NCBI RefSeq assembly: GCF_009834535.1
Contig: NC_045696.1
Location: 112,346,001 to 112,410,000, forward strand
Length of the DNA stretch: 64,000 nucleotides
Origin: Camelus ferus
Lineage: Eukaryota
Direction: 5' to 3'
Within the stretch, counting starts at the first letter, position 1; the number at the start of each line of letters is the position of its first letter. Below, in pieces: positions 63,398 through 64,000 of the stretch. The notes beneath the pieces are model-generated. The model had not been told where the DNA came from. It did not search any database and was given only the letters and a program-made list of their open reading frames with translations. The position numbers were made by a program, and so were the translations under genes.

Positions 63398-64000
63398 ACA
63401 GCAAGAGAAAAGCAACTTGTTACTTACAAGGGAACCCCAGTAAGATTATAAGCAGATTTTTCAGCAGGAACCATGCAGGCCAGAAAGAAGCGGCAAAATA
63501 TTTTCAAAGTGACTAAAGAAAAATATTTCCAACCAAGAATATTCTATTTGGCAAAGCTGCCCTTCAGAACTGAAGGAGAGATAAAGAGTTTTCCAGACAA
63601 GCAAAAGCTGAAGGAGTTCAGCACCACTAGCTTGGCCTCACAAGAAATGTTAAAGGGACTTGGTAAGCTGAAGCAAAAGGGCACTAATTAGTAACAGAAA
63701 AACATATGAAAGTATAAATCTCATGGGTAAAAGTCACTCTAAAGTTGAATTCAGAATAATTTAATGTTCTAATGGTGATAGGTAATCACTAATAAATCTA
63801 GTATAAAAGTTAAAAGACAAAAGTAGTAAAAATAACTATAAGTACAATATTTTAATGGATACACAAAATAAAATGTATAAATTGTGACATCAAAATGTAA
63901 AACACGTAAGGGCAGAGTAAAAATATAAAGCTTTAATATGTTTGAACTTAAGTTGTTATCAACTTAGATTGTTATAAGATGTTCCATGTAAGCCTAATAG
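63398..64000 (+). mobile_element. Older LINE-1 ORF1 C-terminus and inter-ORF region, running off the window
   Basis: ORF 63473-63691 QPRIFYLAKLPFRTEGEIKSFPDKQKLKEF is the L1 ORF1 C-terminal domain. Confidence 0.92.

Noticed and set aside
1..64000. CRISPR array, operon, NUMT, rRNA or a novel multi-gene system
   Set aside because: No regularly spaced repeat-spacer array, no long non-L1 ORFs and no mitochondrial or rRNA-like sequence were recognised; the content is typical mammalian non-coding DNA

Overview
This is mammalian nuclear DNA, very probably from a camelid (camel, alpaca or llama), because it carries four copies of a short tRNA-derived SINE matching the Tylopoda vic-1 type. It looks like intergenic or deep-intronic sequence: I recognise no host protein-coding exon, RNA gene, CRISPR array or prokaryotic feature. 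All protein-like ORFs in the track are LINE-1 ORF1/ORF2 remnants; the rest look like chance ORFs. Much of the window is interspersed repeat: L1 fragments (several with readable target-site duplications, TSDs), ERV1/ERVL/MaLR LTRs, hAT and TcMar MITEs, MIR and L2. The best signals are (1) a dense PBX-HOX/MEIS/TCF/SOX motif cluster at ~57.05-57.36 kb in a repeat-poor block, (2) a doubly truncated L1 ORF2 piece inside a Kanga-like transposon with no TSD or poly(A), (3) a twin-primed inverted L1, (4) a young L1 with discordant flanks and in-frame ORF2 deletions, and (5) small templated-repair scars and orphan exon-like segments. I found no support for a new multi-gene system. Repeat family names come from my recollection of consensus sequences, not from a database search, and boundaries of old repeats are approximate.
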